Below, piece by piece: positions 61,237-64,000 of a stretch of 64,000 nt of DNA; positions within the stretch are counted from its first letter, which is position 1, and every line of letters begins with the position of its first letter. Location: the NCBI GenBank assembly GCA_043788365.1, contig JAYVTZ010000005.1, forward strand, positions 77,249 to 141,248, given 5' to 3'. Source of the DNA: Burkholderiaceae bacterium. GTDB lineage: Bacteria > Patescibacteriota > Saccharimonadia > Saccharimonadales > AQU-01. The notes beneath the pieces are model-generated. The model was given only the letters and a program-made list of their open reading frames with translations, did no database searches and had not been told where the DNA came from. The position numbers and the translations under genes were made by a program.

Positions 61237-61631
61237 TTAATTTAAACGACGACGATCTTAAGAGTAAGTTGACCCCCGAACAATTTGACGTACTCCGCAA
61301 CAAAGCGACCGAAGCACCTTTCACGGGTGAGTATCTTCATAACACAGATTCGGGTATGTATACCTGCGGAGCTTGTAGTGCTGAACTATTTTCGTCAGAC
61401 ACAAAATTTGACTCTGGGAGCGGTTGGCCAAGTTTTTATGATGTCGCAAAATCTGGAGCAGTGAAGCTCGAAGCCGACTCGTCGCATGGCATGGAGCGGA
61501 CTGAAGCGATTTGTGCTAATTGCGGCAGTCATCTGGGTCACGTTTTTGATGACGCCCATGATCAACCGACTGGACAGAGATTCTGCATTAACTCACTTTC
61601 CTTGGACTTCAAGCCTAAATCAAAGGGCTAA
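61233..61631 (+). CDS. msrB: Peptide-methionine (R)-S-oxide reductase
   Basis: CxxC...CxxC zinc motifs and [13 protein letters not shown] and RFCINS motifs. Confidence 0.95.
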   Translation: MINLNDDDLKSKLTPEQFDVLRNKATEAPFTGEYLHNTDSGMYTCGACSAELFSSDTKFDSGSGWPSFYDVAKSGAVKLEADSSHGMERTEAICANCGSHLGHVFDDAHDQPTGQRFCINSLSLDFKPKSKG

Positions 61632-61634
61632 ATT

Positions 61635-62858
61635 TTGGAAACTTACCATTTGAATGATAAAGCCAGCCCTCACAAGTGGCTGCAGGCCATACTTACTTTG
61701 CTTGTCATTCTTGGGCTCGTATTATTAATCATCTATTTGTTAAAAATTCGTAGGCTTGACGCTAAAACAGGCATACAAAATTCTACCACTAGTCAAGTAA
61801 GCATTAACGGAGCCCCAAAGCCCGTTACCGCTATAGGCCGCTATCTATTCAACGGCACAATATTTTGGGGGCGGGGAATTGAGCATTGGGCACAGAAAAG
61901 TGATGGCAGTTACGACTATGCACATCCATTTAGCGGGCTTAATACTTTTAACCGTCAAGATTATGATGCCTGGGTGGCCGATTTAGAGTGCCCAATTACA
62001 GATAAGGTTGTGTCATTTAAAACTCAAGTTGATAATCTAATTTTTAATTGCCGCCCAGAATATGTAGCCGAAGCCGCCAAATACTTTAATATTCTCGACC
62101 TTGCCAACAATCACACCGACAATATGGGGGCTTCTGGCCTAACTTCGACGCGGACTAATTTAGATAAATATAGTGTTCAATACTTTGGCAATTACGACCC
62201 TGGTGTGGCCGATGATGTCTGCAAAGTTATGGGCTTACCAATTAAGGTTCAGTATTCAGACGCTAGTTTAAAGACGGCATCGCTACCGGTAGCATTCTGT
62301 GCCTGGCATTACTTTTACAGATTGCCACGGGCGGGTGAAATCGAAGCCATGAAAGCAGTTAGCGATACTATGCCAGTGTTTGCCTTTGTTCATATGGGTG
62401 TCGAGTACAATACCGTTGCACAAGCAACCCAAGTTAGTATCGCTCATGAGGTTGCCGACCAAAACCCAGAATTTGTCATCGCCAACAACCCTCATTGGGT
62501 CCAAAATATTGAAGCTTATAAGGGCAAGTTAATTGTTTATTCAACTGGTAACTTTATCTTCGACCAACTCGACAGCGAAGGTATGCGTAGCGCCAGTGTT
62601 GATCTGTCTGCGACTATTCCATATGACCTAAACCTTCAGAAATGGCTCGATATCGGTCCGAAATGTCAGCAATCTAAAGATAAATGTTTGTCGCTGATAA
62701 AAACCACTGGCCTCAAGAAACCAATCTTAAAGCTAAAGTATGACGTAGTAGCCGGTGATAACTCGAATAAATTGACTAAAAAGGGCAGTGATCAACTCTT
62801 GTTAGCTTTAAAAGCTAGGCTAAACTGGGATCAGACTTTAAAAAACCTATCCAAATAG
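61635..62858 (+). CDS. CapA-family metallophosphoesterase-like protein with N-terminal TM anchor
   Basis: LDLANNHTDNMG and the overall CapA/PgsA pattern. TTG start with AAGGG upstream. Confidence 0.7.
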   Translation: METYHLNDKASPHKWLQAILTLLVILGLVLLIIYLLKIRRLDAKTGIQNSTTSQVSINGAPKPVTAIGRYLFNGTIFWGRGIEHWAQKSDGSYDYAHPFSGLNTFNRQDYDAWVADLECPITDKVVSFKTQVDNLIFNCRPEYVAEAAKYFNILDLANNHTDNMGASGLTSTRTNLDKYSVQYFGNYDPGVADDVCKVMGLPIKVQYSDASLKTASLPVAFCAWHYFYRLPRAGEIEAMKAVSDTMPVFAFVHMGVEYNTVAQATQVSIAHEVADQNPEFVIANNPHWVQNIEAYKGKLIVYSTGNFIFDQLDSEGMRSASVDLSATIPYDLNLQKWLDIGPKCQQSKDKCLSLIKTTGLKKPILKLKYDVVAGDNSNKLTKKGSDQLLLALKARLNWDQTLKNLSK

Positions 62859-62929
62859 TTCTTGGTGACTTTTTGTAAAAGGATGACTCCCATACAAAAG
62901 TACTAAGCTGCCAACCTAAAACGCGTCAG

Positions 62930-63271
62930 CTATTTTTGGGCCTGGTATTTCGTGCCCCACGCTGCCATTTGACGAAGGATTGGCACAAAGTCATGACCTT
63001 TTTGTGTTAGCGTGTACTCAATCCGAGGTGGCGACTCGGCATAATTCTGCTTAGTAATAATTTCGTGTTTTTCCAAGTCATCCAAGCGTTGCGAGAGTGT
63101 CCTAGGGCTAATACCATCTAAGGCACGTTCAAGCTCTGTGAAGCGGCGTGAACCAAGCACTAATTCGTTTAGAATAAGAGCCGTCCATTTATTGCCAAGA
63201 ACGACTAAACAGCTAGATATACAGCCTTCTACTGGTTCTATTTTTGAATGGTTATGGGTCAGGGTTTTCAT
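62930..63271 (-). CDS. HxlR-family winged-helix transcriptional regulator
   Basis: C...LVVLGNKWTALILNEL..GSRRFTELERAL.GISPRTLSQRLDDLEKHEII. Confidence 0.85.
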   Translation of the reverse strand: MKTLTHNHSKIEPVEGCISSCLVVLGNKWTALILNELVLGSRRFTELERALDGISPRTLSQRLDDLEKHEIITKQNYAESPPRIEYTLTQKGHDFVPILRQMAAWGTKYQAQK

Positions 63272-63273
63272 GC

Positions 63274-63302
63274 TTTACAAAGTATAGTGTTATCTATATA
63301 CT
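63274..63302 (+). promoter_or_regulatory. Candidate promoter TTTACA-N17-TATACT for the FMN reductase gene, interleaved with the divergent hxlR -10
   Basis: Read directly. On the minus strand, TATACT (63281-63286) lies 9 nt upstream of the hxlR ATG. The inverted repeat AGTATA N8 TATACT is present. Confidence 0.45.
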
Positions 63303-63341
63303 CCTTATTACTATACAAAATATACTACGAATGGGGCAAAA

Positions 63342-63929
63342 ATGAAAGTAGCAATAATTCTAGGTACAACACGGTCGGGTCGTCATAGCCACAAATTGGC
63401 TCTTTGGGTGCTGAATCAACTAAATACTGACAAGACTATTGACGCTGAGCTTGTTGATCTGGCCGATTATCCGATGCCGTTTTTTGATGAGCCAATATCG
63501 CCGCGCTACAACCCAGACCGTAAGCTAGGTCCAGTTGTAAAAAAGTGGCTAACTAAAGTCTCCGAGTTTGATGCTTACATAATTGTTACGCCCGAGTATA
63601 ACCACGCCATCCCGGGCGTACTTAAGAACGCCATTGATTATTTTGACTGGCAAGTCATGCGCAAACCTTTCGCAATTGTTTCACACGGCAGTAGCGGTGG
63701 TGCTCGCGCGATTAGCAATCTTAAAATAGTAATTTCAGAAGTTCGCGGCATACCAATTCCATCATCTGTCGCTCTTACAGTGCGAATCAGTGAGGTGTTT
63801 GATGATGAAGGTGTGCTTAAACCAGAAATCGCCAGCAACCCCCACGGCCCAGTCTTTGCACTGGCTAATCTAATCAACGAACTAAAATGGTACTCTGAGG
63901 CTCTATCAGTGGCGCGTGCTAAATCTTAA
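63342..63929 (+). CDS. NADPH-dependent FMN reductase family protein
   Basis: LGTTRSGR, TPEYNHAIPGVLKNAIDY and SHGSSGG motifs. Confidence 0.85.
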   Translation: MKVAIILGTTRSGRHSHKLALWVLNQLNTDKTIDAELVDLADYPMPFFDEPISPRYNPDRKLGPVVKKWLTKVSEFDAYIIVTPEYNHAIPGVLKNAIDYFDWQVMRKPFAIVSHGSSGGARAISNLKIVISEVRGIPIPSSVALTVRISEVFDDEGVLKPEIASNPHGPVFALANLINELKWYSEALSVARAKS

Positions 63930-63974
63930 AAGATAGGCGGCGTATTTAGTAGCCAATCGGTTATAATGTGTTTT

Positions 63975-64000
63975 ATGGCTGATACCAAACCACTTCCGAC
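63975..64000 (+). CDS. Partial CDS (first 8 codons, runs off window end)
   Basis: ATG at 63975, 7 nt after TATAAT (63962-63967). Reads MADTKPLP. Supported only by promoter geometry. Confidence 0.3.

Noticed and set aside
1-64000. tRNA, rRNA, tmRNA, RNase P and SRP RNA genes
   Set aside because: I scanned the intergenic regions longer than 60 bp by eye for T-loop (GGTTCGAATCC-like) and other hallmark motifs and found none. A proper tRNAscan/Infernal run is still needed to exclude small RNAs.

Overview
This is a gene-dense 64-kb window of a small bacterial chromosome of moderate GC, with about 80 CDS and the standard genetic code (TGA ends conserved genes such as efp). I found no rRNA, tRNA or CRISPR array. 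Most genes are housekeeping: tlyA, efp, rpsF-ssb-rpsR, ftsK, RNase J, family-4 UDG, rpsO-pnp, an ABC-F ATPase, rpsT, holA, mutM, polA, a P-type ATPase, dnaG-rpoD, valS, tsaD, a MurE-like ligase, arginase, groES-groEL, PGI/PMI, argS, mscL and msrB. The gene content includes many short orphan proteins, a sortase substrate, Nudix/HAD enzymes and an archaeal-type CarS homologue. This suggests a reduced-genome Patescibacteria/CPR organism, possibly Saccharibacteria-like. That placement is inference only and was not checked against any database. Items worth follow-up: (1) an operon coupling a NADAR hydrolase to a 437-aa PRTase-like protein of unknown function; (2) a CarS-like / PHP phosphatase / CDP-alcohol phosphatidyltransferase lipid head-group cluster; (3) a protein with two tandem WhiB-like Fe-S domains; (4) a GIY-YIG gene bracketed by inverted hairpin units, with a gene-less copy of the same termini elsewhere; (5) about 18 genes where a -10 hexamer lies 6-9 nt upstream of the ATG with no Shine-Dalgarno, suggesting widespread leaderless mRNAs; (6) convergent arrays of CATTT repeats between rpsF and ssb; (7) structured leaders upstream of valS and rpsR; (8) a 4x heptanucleotide repeat inside tsaD; (9) DnaG lacking all four zinc ligands; (10) small membrane ORFs inserted between groES and groEL and after pnp. 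All coordinates were read by hand from the sequence and cross-checked against the ORF track.
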